From positions 1 to 59,694 of the IMG/VR virus record IMGVR_UViG_3300017991_000122: a DNA stretch of 59,694 nucleotides; one strand, 5' to 3'. A program made the translations under genes and the position numbers. The stretch comes from a virus. Taxonomy: Duplodnaviria; Caudoviricetes. A model generated the notes under the pieces. It searched no databases and had not been told where the DNA came from. It saw nothing but the letters and a program-made list of their open reading frames with translations. This document shows, one piece after another, positions 7,159 through 13,486 of the stretch (the stretch's first letter is position 1; every line of letters begins with the position of its first letter).

Positions 7159-7985
7159 TAGACTTTGAGGGGTTTCAGTTCGCGGAGTGTCGGAGTGGTC
7201 GGGGGCGTGCCGTACACGATGACCTCGGGCAGCACGATGACCTTCTCCTCGGGCTCGGGCACGGACGGCTGGCGGAAGACTTGGAGCGTGCCCTCGTGCG
7301 AGATGAGTTTTCCAAGCTCCGGGTCGGGACCGGCCGTCTCGACCTCGACGTAGTACTCCTCGCCGGTCTCGAGGTGCTCGACCTTGACCCACTTGCCCAT
7401 CAGGCGGCAGGTCTGGCTCGGGTCCTCGTGCTCGTCGTTGTGAGCTCCGCCGACCGTCTGCCAGCACTTGAGCATGGTGACCGACCAGTACACCGCGCTC
7501 GGGTGGATCCAGCCGTAGTTGTAGGCTTGGTGGATACCGAACTTGAGCTGCTCGGGATGGGCCAGCTTGTTGACCAGGACCCAGCTCTTGCCCACCGTGT
7601 TGATGAGCATCCCGTCCTCGTAGTTTTCGACCTTCGCGAGCTCCGCATCGACGAGCTCCGAGTGCCGGGTGTCGGTCGAGACCGCGCAGATGTTGCCGTC
7701 GATCTGCGTGATGGGCTTGATGGTCACCTCGGCCTGCCTCGCGATGAGGTCTTCGACCAGGGGCGTCGTGCACATGCAGCCGAGCAGGTCGGCGATCTGC
7801 TGCGCCTCGACGGAGGTGACCATGACGCGGACCTGGACGGCCTCGCCCGTGTCCGGTTCGACGTGAACGATCTTCAGAGCGTCCGAGAAGACGCTGAAGG
7901 TCATCCTGATCCCGTCCTTCTCGTTGATGATCTCGGACCAGGTGAAGTTGGCTAGCCCGTTCTTGACAGCTTCGACGACGTCCAT
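7158..7985 (-). CDS. Uncharacterised protein, possible cell-wall enzyme domain
   Basis: GKSWVL...NYGWIH...WQTVGGAHNDEHEDPSQTCRL; I recall a similar domain fused to peptidoglycan-binding repeats in myxobacteria (unverified). Confidence 0.6.
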   Translation of the reverse strand: MDVVEAVKNGLANFTWSEIINEKDGIRMTFSVFSDALKIVHVEPDTGEAVQVRVMVTSVEAQQIADLLGCMCTTPLVEDLIARQAEVTIKPITQIDGNICAVSTDTRHSELVDAELAKVENYEDGMLINTVGKSWVLVNKLAHPEQLKFGIHQAYNYGWIHPSAVYWSVTMLKCWQTVGGAHNDEHEDPSQTCRLMGKWVKVEHLETGEEYYVEVETAGPDPELGKLISHEGTLQVFRQPSVPEPEEKVIVLPEVIVYGTPPTTPTLRELKPLKV

Positions 7986-8002
7986 GCGCACCATCCTATC
8001 AG

Positions 8003-8073
8003 TGGAAGTGAAGGGAGTCGAACCCTCATCCCTGCGGTGCAAGCGCAGTGCTCTCCCGTTGAGCTACACCCCC
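8003..8073 (-). tRNA. tRNA-Ala(TGC)
   Basis: CTGCG-CTTGCAC-CGCAG, G3:U70. Confidence 0.9.
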
Positions 8074-8078
8074 AGTAC

Positions 8079-8169
8079 CCGACGAGACGGCCTTCTTCCG
8101 TGTCCGGCCAAGGAAATGAAAGGACACCTGGTGTTCTACCACCACGCCCGTGCATGACGGCCTCGTCAG
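8079..8169 (-). ncRNA. Structured ~90-nt RNA between two tRNA-Ala genes
   Basis: Terminal stem CTGACGAG/CTCGTCGG; hairpins TGGTG/CACCA and GTGTCC/GGACAC. Confidence 0.5.
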
Positions 8170-8171
8170 AG

Positions 8172-8245
8172 TGGAATCGACGGGACTCGAACCCGCAGCC
8201 CCTTGCCTGCCAGGCAAGCGCTCTCCCGAATTGAGCTACGACCCC
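8172..8245 (-). tRNA. tRNA-Ala(GGC)
   Basis: CTTGC-CTGGCAG-GCAAG. Confidence 0.9.
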
Positions 8246-8535
8246 TTGTTCATCGCGTGTCTCACGGCGTCCACGTTGTGCTGGGACATCTCTGGATCGA
8301 TGTCGGCGACGGTGCGCTGTCCGATGCTGACAGCACCTCCCTCGAGCTGCTCGAGGCTGATCTCCTTGGTCAAGGCTTGGACCTTGCCGTCGACTTCGAC
8401 GAAGTCTGGGAGCTCGGCCTCGATGACGAAGATCTTGGCGCCTGGCTTGGTCTTGGCGTAGCCGACTGGCGGCGTCGTCGAGAGGTACGGCCGGTCGGCG
8501 CCGGGCTCGAGGATCACGTAGATGTCAATGCGCAT
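8236..8535 (-). CDS. Hypothetical protein
   Basis: SD GGAGG, then MRIDIYVILEPG. Confidence 0.75.
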   Translation of the reverse strand: MRIDIYVILEPGADRPYLSTTPPVGYAKTKPGAKIFVIEAELPDFVEVDGKVQALTKEISLEQLEGGAVSIGQRTVADIDPEMSQHNVDAVRHAMNKGS

Positions 8536-8548
8536 GTCTATGCCTCCG

Positions 8549-8623
8549 TGGTGGAATCGAGGGGAGTCGAACCCCTACTACTGCCGTGCGAGGGCAGTGT
8601 GCTCCCATTATCACTACGACCCC
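8549..8623 (-). tRNA. tRNA-Ala(CGC)
   Basis: CTGCC-CTCGCAC-GGCAG, CCA. Confidence 0.9.
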
Positions 8624-8624
8624 A

Positions 8625-8699
8625 TGGTGGTACCGCCGAGAGTCGAACTCGGACGCTCCGCTTATCAGGCGGAACAGGGTAACCGATCCGTCCGGTACC
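8625..8699 (-). tRNA. tRNA-Ile(GAT), atypical D-arm
   Basis: TCCGC-CTGATAA-GCGGA, CCA. Confidence 0.8.
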
Positions 8700-8700
8700 G

Positions 8701-8928
8701 TCATTCGACGATGTACCAGCATCCGCCCACGGCGTAGATGAACCCGTGAAGGCTCAACCACTTCAGCCGTCGTCGAATGATCCTGGTGTGCTCTCTCGAG
8801 CGCGCATTTCGGTGAGGCCACGTTCGAAACACGGTCCACTGAAGCTCGTGGTAGCTCAAGGTGCCGGGCCACCGCTCAAGCTCTTGAAGAATCCAGTCGT
8901 CGATCTGATCTTCTGACGCCATGCGCAT
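8701..8928 (-). CDS. Small protein, possibly winged-helix
   Basis: SD AGGAGG; IRRRLKWLSLHGFIYAVGGCWY. Confidence 0.65.
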   Translation of the reverse strand: MRMASEDQIDDWILQELERWPGTLSYHELQWTVFRTWPHRNARSREHTRIIRRRLKWLSLHGFIYAVGGCWYIVE

Positions 8929-8941
8929 CGTCGCCTCCTAG

Positions 8942-9013
8942 CAGGAGATGGGAGAATCGAACTCCCCAGACGGTCGGTTTTGGAGACCAACCCGCTTACC
9001 CAGAGCCTCTCCC
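8942..9013 (-). tRNA. tRNA-Trp(CCA), atypical
   Basis: TTGGT-CTCCAAA-ACCGA; T-arm GGGAG-TTCGATT-CTCCC. Confidence 0.75.
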
Positions 9014-9181
9014 ATGCTTCTCCTTCGTGTGCTCGAGGTAGCAGTAGATGCACACGTACGTGTCGCACCACCGGCAGACCCAAGCCTCGTTCTCGGCGAC
9101 GACCTCGCTCCTCACCGGGGGCTTCACCATCCGGATTTGCCGATCGCAGTTCGGGCAGTGGAAGAGGTCTTCGTCGAACAT
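8996..9181 (-). CDS. Zinc-finger protein
   Basis: CPNC, CRWC, CIYC, HxxxxH; ATG overlaps a CCA. Confidence 0.7.
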   Translation of the reverse strand: MFDEDLFHCPNCDRQIRMVKPPVRSEVVAENEAWVCRWCDTYVCIYCYLEHTKEKHGRGSG

Positions 9182-9257
9182 GGCCCCGCATACGGGAATC
9201 GAACCCGTCAACATCCGAGAGACAGTCGGACAGCCTACCCAGCAGCTTCATGCGGGA
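9181..9257 (-). tRNA. tRNA-Asp(GTC)
   Basis: TCCGA-CTGTCTC-TCGGA, G73-CCA. Confidence 0.82.
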
Positions 9258-9333
9258 TGGTGTCCCTGGCAGGACTCGAACCTGCACCCGTCGGCTTAGG
9301 AAGCCGCTGCACGATCCATTGTGCTACAGGGAC
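9258..9333 (-). tRNA. tRNA-Arg(CCT)
   Basis: CGGC-TTCCTAA-GCCG, CCA. Confidence 0.88.
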
Positions 9334-9335
9334 GC

Positions 9336-9590
9336 CTACAGACCGATCGCCAAGAGCTTCGTGTAGTACTCGGGGTCTTCGACGAGGTGGTCCATCGCAA
9401 TCTCCATCGCCATGCGAGGGTCGTGCGTGTGCTCCATCTCGGTCGCTGTCCCCAGTGCGAGCTGCTCGGGGTCGAAGTCGGAGGGCTTGCGCCCCTCGGC
9501 CTCCCCGCCCGGAATGATCTCGCCTCCGAACTCCCCCGCCACAACGGCGACGGTGTTCTGCTCTAGCAATCGACGCATCCTGCCGTTCAT
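9336..9590 (-). CDS. DUF5661-like protein
   Basis: GTATEMEHTHD...AMEIAMDHLVEDPEYYTKL. Confidence 0.75.
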   Translation of the reverse strand: MNGRMRRLLEQNTVAVVAGEFGGEIIPGGEAEGRKPSDFDPEQLALGTATEMEHTHDPRMAMEIAMDHLVEDPEYYTKLLAIGL

Positions 9591-9608
9591 GACGACAGGA
9601 TAACATAG

Positions 9609-9680
9609 TCGGGGCGACAGGAATCGAACCTGCGTTGTCTCGGACCCAAACCGAGTGGACCACCATTATCCAACGCCCCG
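9609..9680 (-). tRNA. tRNA-Pro(TGG)
   Basis: CTCGG-TTTGGGT-CCGAG. Confidence 0.88.
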
Positions 9681-9685
9681 GAGGT

Positions 9686-9711
9686 GAAACGCGACCACGT
9701 GGTCGCGTTTC
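9686..9711. repeat. Perfect 26-bp palindrome
   Basis: GAAACGCGACCACGTGGTCGCGTTTC; core recurs at 49143-49158. Confidence 0.9.
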
Positions 9712-9721
9712 GGAAAGGATG

Positions 9722-11323
9722 TCACGGCTTCGGCGCCGTCTCGAGGTCCAGCGACTTCACGTGGTCGGCCAGGGACGTCCATCCCTGCGACGCGAGCGCG
9801 ATGAAGTTGAGGATCTGATCCGACCAACCGGACACGCAGTAGACGTTCTTGTCGTCAGGCGCCATGAGCGCGTGCCCATGAGGCGAGACGTCGATGACGA
9901 AGACCTTCGCCTTGCGGGACAAGGCTACGCGGTACTCCTGAAGGGCCTGCGCGAAGGGCCGACCCATGTTCTGCTCACCGTCAGTCAGCAGGACGACGTT
10001 GTCCACCTTCTCGTTGTCCACACGGAGGATGTCGAGAGCAGCGGACTGGTTGGTACCGCCGCGCGGGTGGACGTGGACTCCCCAGAACTTCTGCGCCTGC
10101 GTGAGCAGGGAGTCGCGCTGGGAGATGCTGATTCGCTTGGCCGAGCCGTCGAAGGCGACGACGTCGCACTTGGCCTTCTTGGCGACCGCGACCGAAAGCA
10201 CGGAAGCCGGGCCGATGAGCGCTCGGGCCGCGTCTGCCGGGGAGGGCGTGTGGTGGAACCAACCCATGCCCGGCTGCATGCTCGGCGAGACGTCGAGCAG
10301 CACGGCGGTCTTGCCTGGGATCTCGGGCACGTTGTCGAACGCGAGCTCGACAGCGTCACGGAGGGCGTCCTTGACCCACGTCGCGGTGACGTGCTTCTCC
10401 GCTTCGATGAACCGAAAAGGCAGGATCTTGGACCGCTGGATGATCTGCGGCGAGGTGAGCTTCCGGAGAACCTCTTCCTTGCACGACTCGATGACCCCTT
10501 GCCGCTCGAGCGTCGCCAGGTTCTTGAGCAGTGCGAAGATCGGAAGGTTCGGCACGAGGGCCTCCCACAGCTTCTTCGAACTCCCGATGAACGGGGTGAC
10601 GACCTCGTGAGGGAGCCGCCCGATCTTGATGGCAGCGATCTTCTCCTCGTCGGTCTTGGCCTTCTTGAGGGCCTCGAACTGCTGAATCTGAGGCAGCGTC
10701 GAGATGTCCACCTTCCGCTTCTCCGACTCACCCATGATGTAGTCGAACAGCGGGCGCGGCTCGCCCGTCTTCGGGTGCACGAGCTGCATGGTGTCGCGAA
10801 GCGTGTAGGAGCCAGCCTTGCGCTCGGTGCCGTACTTGATCGTCCAGTACTCGCTCAGCTTCTCCGTCATCCAGGCGCCGATGACCCGCTTGACCCTACG
10901 GCCTCCGATCGATCCATTCGCCAGAGACGCGTGGATGGTCATGAAGTCGTTCAGGTCGTTGGGCGTGCGGATGACCTCACCGAACGCCTGCGCGAACGCA
11001 AGGCGTGCCTCGGGCCTGGAATCCCTCGCGAGGCATGCGAGCCCGTAGGCCGGCTGCGAGCGCATGTAGCCCTTGTTGCGGGCGAACACGAGCCCCTTCG
11101 CGTAGAACGCGGGGTCGGCCTTGAGCATCTCGGCGTGCACTTCCTTCGTCTGCTCGAGCATGTCGCTCTGCTTCAGGTAGAAGGTGTTGCCGAGCGTGTT
11201 GGTCAGGGTCACCTGAATGAAGCGCTCCGGAAGAGGCAGCGTCCATGCGGGCATCCCGTGGAAGTTCTTGGTGTCTGCCGAACTCGTCGGCGTGCGTCCG
11301 AAAAGGTTCTGTACTCTCGTCAT
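9722..11323 (-). CDS. rsr: Ro60/Rsr-like TROVE-domain RNA-binding protein with vWA domain
   Basis: N-terminal NFHGMPAW..NTFY, KYG..LRDTMQLVHPK, LPIFALLKNLATL, SKILPFRF; vWA DVSPSM, GGTN, LTDGEQN. Confidence 0.9.
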   Translation of the reverse strand: MTRVQNLFGRTPTSSADTKNFHGMPAWTLPLPERFIQVTLTNTLGNTFYLKQSDMLEQTKEVHAEMLKADPAFYAKGLVFARNKGYMRSQPAYGLACLARDSRPEARLAFAQAFGEVIRTPNDLNDFMTIHASLANGSIGGRRVKRVIGAWMTEKLSEYWTIKYGTERKAGSYTLRDTMQLVHPKTGEPRPLFDYIMGESEKRKVDISTLPQIQQFEALKKAKTDEEKIAAIKIGRLPHEVVTPFIGSSKKLWEALVPNLPIFALLKNLATLERQGVIESCKEEVLRKLTSPQIIQRSKILPFRFIEAEKHVTATWVKDALRDAVELAFDNVPEIPGKTAVLLDVSPSMQPGMGWFHHTPSPADAARALIGPASVLSVAVAKKAKCDVVAFDGSAKRISISQRDSLLTQAQKFWGVHVHPRGGTNQSAALDILRVDNEKVDNVVLLTDGEQNMGRPFAQALQEYRVALSRKAKVFVIDVSPHGHALMAPDDKNVYCVSGWSDQILNFIALASQGWTSLADHVKSLDLETAPKP

Positions 11324-11358
11324 GATCCACCTCCCGTTGGTGGGGCTGAAGAAACGAA

Positions 11359-11488
11359 CGCGAGGATGATGGCGACCAAAGCCGTTTTCCCCATTGCGTG
11401 GGGTGCCTGTACCACTCGGCTACTCATGCAGTTTTGGCGCGTGAGATTGGATTCGAACCAACGAAGTAGCTCTGATCTACGCCTCGCG
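11359..11488 (-). ncRNA. Y-RNA-like RNA 3 (T-arm, acceptor with GCCA in loop, D-arm, anticodon arm; joined at the variable loop)
   Basis: Shared stem enclosing TTGG-TTCGAAT-CCAA, CTCACGC-GCCAAAACT-GCATGAG, GCC-GAGTGGTACA-GGC and CCCC-ACGCAAT-GGGG. Confidence 0.8.
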
Positions 11489-11563
11489 TGGAGGGGGAGA
11501 CGGGATTCGAACCCGCAGTGGCGGAGTTAACAGCTCCGTGCTCGACCGTTGAGCTTCTCCCCC
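11489..11563 (-). tRNA. tRNA-Asn(GTT)
   Basis: CGGAG-CTGTTAA-CTCCG, CCA. Confidence 0.88.
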
Positions 11564-11567
11564 GAAA

Positions 11568-11726
11568 GAGATGAGGATGATGGGCGACAAGGGACCATGC
11601 TTTTTAGCTACAGGCCCGTGAAGAAGCCGGCTTGCGCCAGCGGTGGGCCCGGTTGGAGTCGAACCAACAATCTACGATTTTCACTCGTTGCTTTTACCGA
11701 AGTACCCCTATCTAACGCCTCATCTC
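11568..11726 (-). ncRNA. Y-RNA-like RNA 4 (tRNA permuted in the D-loop)
   Basis: Shared stem enclosing GGTAAAAGC, ACGA-GTGAAAA-TCGT, GTTGG-TTCGACT-CCAAC, CGGGCCC..GGGCCTG and TAGCT. Confidence 0.78.
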
Positions 11727-11728
11727 AG

Positions 11729-11801
11729 GGTGACTGACGGGACTCGAACCCGCACGTACCTGGACCACAACCAGGCGCCCTACCTTTAGGCTACAGCCAC
11801 C
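11729..11801 (-). tRNA. tRNA-His(GTG)
   Basis: CCTGG-TTGTGGT-CCAGG, G-1:C73. Confidence 0.9.
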
Positions 11802-11806
11802 ATAGT

Positions 11807-11874
11807 GCGAGGATGAGAGCGACCAAGGGAAGGTTCGTGATTGTTGTACGATGTACCCCTGATCTTCGCCTCGC
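11807..11874 (-). ncRNA. Y-RNA-like RNA 5 (minimal, no tRNA module)
   Basis: GCGAGGCGAAGATCAGGGGTACATCG...CCCTTGGTCGCTCTCATCCTCGC. Confidence 0.75.
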
Positions 11875-11876
11875 GG

Positions 11877-11948
11877 CGGGCCGGGCGGGAGTCGAACCCA
11901 CATAGGCGGATTTTCAATCCGCTGCCGTTCCACGTTGGCTACCGACCC
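11877..11948 (-). tRNA. tRNA-Phe(GAA)
   Basis: GCGGA-TTGAAAA-TCCGC. Confidence 0.88.
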
Positions 11949-11987
11949 AGCGTCTAGGACGCTCGGGTGTCCTGTCTTCTGACAACC

Positions 11988-12287
11988 TCAGCCGATTTCG
12001 TCGGCTTCCCTCTTCTGCGTGAAGAAGTAGAGCCCGTCTTCACCACCACGACGCGTGATGGTCAGGGTCTGGCCGCGCCACCTGAAGGGCCCGTTGCCCA
12101 GTCTCGTGGCGATCTCCTTCACCTTGTCCGAGCGGGCCTTCTTGGCCTTCTCGGCTGCGTCTGTCGCCTCGTTGTAGTCCTCGGTGGACTGCTCGTAGGC
12201 TTCGAACATGGCTTTCTTCTGCGTGGGCGTCATGCCGTTCCCACCATTGCTTCCGCTGTCCGTGCTCTGGCTATCGTCTTTCGCCAT
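11988..12287 (-). CDS. Hypothetical protein
   Basis: MAKDDSQ...; ATG overlaps the CCA of tRNA-Glu. Confidence 0.75.
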   Translation of the reverse strand: MAKDDSQSTDSGSNGGNGMTPTQKKAMFEAYEQSTEDYNEATDAAEKAKKARSDKVKEIATRLGNGPFRWRGQTLTITRRGGEDGLYFFTQKREADEIG

Positions 12288-12362
12288 GGTGCTCCCAAGG
12301 GGATTCGAACCCCTACCTGCGGCTTGAAAGGCCGCCCACCTGACCCTTAGTTAGATGGGAGC
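12287..12362 (-). tRNA. tRNA-Glu(TTC)
   Basis: GCGGC-CTTTCAA-GCCGC, CCA. Confidence 0.88.
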
Positions 12363-12387
12363 ATAACAACTGAGGTTTGATTGTCAA
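12360..12387 (-). promoter_or_regulatory. Sigma70-type promoter overlapping the tRNA-Glu 5' end
   Basis: TTGACA-16-TATGCT with TG extension. Confidence 0.7.
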
Positions 12388-12445
12388 GAGAAAATCGTCG
12401 CCGGCCGTGCAAGGTCACCAGGACGGCTCTGGTAGCGTCGGAGAC

Positions 12446-12700
12446 ATGACACGACCACTGACCCTGCAAGACATCCTGCGACGCCGTGAGCACCCCTTGA
12501 CGTGCGACTGTGAGCGATGTTCTCGAGTAGACGAGCTCGTCGCTCAGACCGTCGAGGTCTTGAGCCCGCGACCGGAATCGAACCGGCTACCTCCGCAGTA
12601 CGAAAGCGGCGTCCTGCCATTAGGACTGCACGGGCAATTGCACGCGGAACCCGACGAGGCAGGTCGAGCTCCACGCGCGCCTCGGAAGAGGACGAACTGA
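12446..12700 (+). CDS. Possible small antisense ORF (HxxxCxCxxC)
   Basis: GGAGAC-ATG, MTRPLTLQDILRRREHPLTCDCERC; 3' half is antisense to tRNA-Thr. Confidence 0.35.
   Translation: MTRPLTLQDILRRREHPLTCDCERCSRVDELVAQTVEVLSPRPESNRLPPQYESGVLPLGLHGQLHAEPDEAGRAPRAPRKRTN
12563..12635 (-). tRNA. tRNA-Thr(CGT)
   Basis: Loop TTCGTAC; acceptor GCCCGTG/CGCGGGC. Confidence 0.85.
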
Positions 12701-12820
12701 TCTGCATCACGCACCGTGTACGCACCCTGTCGATTGGTCACGTGAGCTTTTCCAGCGAGCTGGTGAGCAGCTCGTCCAGGTTCCGTTGGGTTGTCACAGA
12801 CCGTGTCGCATTGCGCGTGC
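12640..12820 (-). ncRNA. ~180-nt rod-shaped RNA, 6S-like candidate
   Basis: GCACGCG/CGCGTGC closing stem, central bubble, GGACGAGCTG/CAGTTCGTCC inner stem. Confidence 0.45.
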
Positions 12821-12826
12821 GACGGT

Positions 12827-12900
12827 TGGCTGGAGCGGAAGGATTCGAACCTTCGTTGACCGGGTCAGAGCCGGGCGTCCTACCGTTGGACGACGCTCCA
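12827..12900 (-). tRNA. tRNA-Gln(CTG)
   Basis: CCGG-CTCTGAC-CCGG, U1:A72, CCA. Confidence 0.9.
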
Positions 12901-12946
12901 TCTCCCTCGAGGGGACTCAAATGCATACCTTCATGATCTCTCCTAG

Positions 12947-13017
12947 TGGGCCCACGAGGAATCGAACCTCGCCCTGCCGGGTAAGAGCCGGATGCTCCGC
13001 CTTGGAGCTATGAGCCC
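12947..13017 (-). tRNA. tRNA-Lys(CTT)
   Basis: CCGG-CTCTTAC-CCGG. Confidence 0.88.
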
Positions 13018-13020
13018 GAG

Positions 13021-13093
13021 TGGGTCCAGCGGGAGTCGAACCCGCAACCGTCAGGGTAAAAGCCTGCTGCGCTACCAGTTGCGCCACGGACCC
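13021..13093 (-). tRNA. tRNA-Lys(TTT)
   Basis: CAGG-CTTTTAC-CCTG. Confidence 0.88.
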
Positions 13094-13138
13094 TCGCACT
13101 GAGTTGGTTGTCGGTTTCTTCTTCATCGCTGTCTCCAG

Positions 13139-13221
13139 TGGGTCGTGAAGGAATCGAACCTCTGTCCCGAAGGCAAGTGGTTTACAGCCACCCGATGGTC
13201 CCAGCCATCTACTCACAACCC
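13139..13221 (-). tRNA. tRNA-Tyr(GTA)
   Basis: GGTGG-CTGTAAA-CCACT, long variable arm. Confidence 0.82.
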
Positions 13222-13222
13222 G

Positions 13223-13261
13223 AAAACGTCGAAAGCCGCCTCTGGTCTCCCAGGGCGGCTC
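13223..13261 (-). terminator. Attenuator terminator hairpin in front of the tRNA array
   Basis: GAGCCGCCCTGG-GAGA-CCAGAGGCGGCTT followed by TCGACGTTTT. Confidence 0.7.
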
Positions 13262-13292
13262 GCGTGTGCTCGGTCTTTCTACGCTTACCGCC

Positions 13293-13442
13293 CTATGGGG
13301 CCTCCTCGAGCATGGGCTTGCTATCCAAGGAGGCATACAGATTACCTTCGCGTCCCTGGATAAACGTCGGGGCCACGACGCACCACGACGCGGACGCTGA
13401 ATGCGCCTGCGTTTTGATGGTGGTGGTGGACCGGGAACTCAT
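13293..13442 (-). CDS. Leaderless 49-aa leader peptide
   Basis: ATG 7 nt after the -10 box; MSSRSTTTIKTQAHSASASWCVVAPTFIQGREGNLYASLDSKPMLEEAP. Confidence 0.65.
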   Translation of the reverse strand: MSSRSTTTIKTQAHSASASWCVVAPTFIQGREGNLYASLDSKPMLEEAP

Positions 13443-13449
13443 AATTGGC

Positions 13450-13477
13450 ACCATAACAGCTAGAAACGAGTTGTCAA
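13450..13477 (-). promoter_or_regulatory. Sigma70-type promoter of the tRNA array
   Basis: TTGACA-16-TATGGT with TG extension, T-rich UP region. Confidence 0.78.
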
Positions 13478-13486
13478 GGAAAAAGT

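Noticed and set aside
4765-7955. ORFs 4765-5958 (-) and 6417-7955 (+) spanning tRNAs
   Set aside because: Chance open frames across tRNA clusters
5127-11874. Box C/D-like ATGAT...CTGA on the plus strand, or CRISPR-like repeats
   Set aside because: T- and D-loops and all neighbouring genes are on the minus strand; the repeats are not regularly spaced and no cas genes are present
12738-12797. tmRNA-like tag ORF (VTTQRNLDELLTSSLEKLT)
   Set aside because: No tRNA-Ala-like domain or Ala-ending tag, and the region is too short
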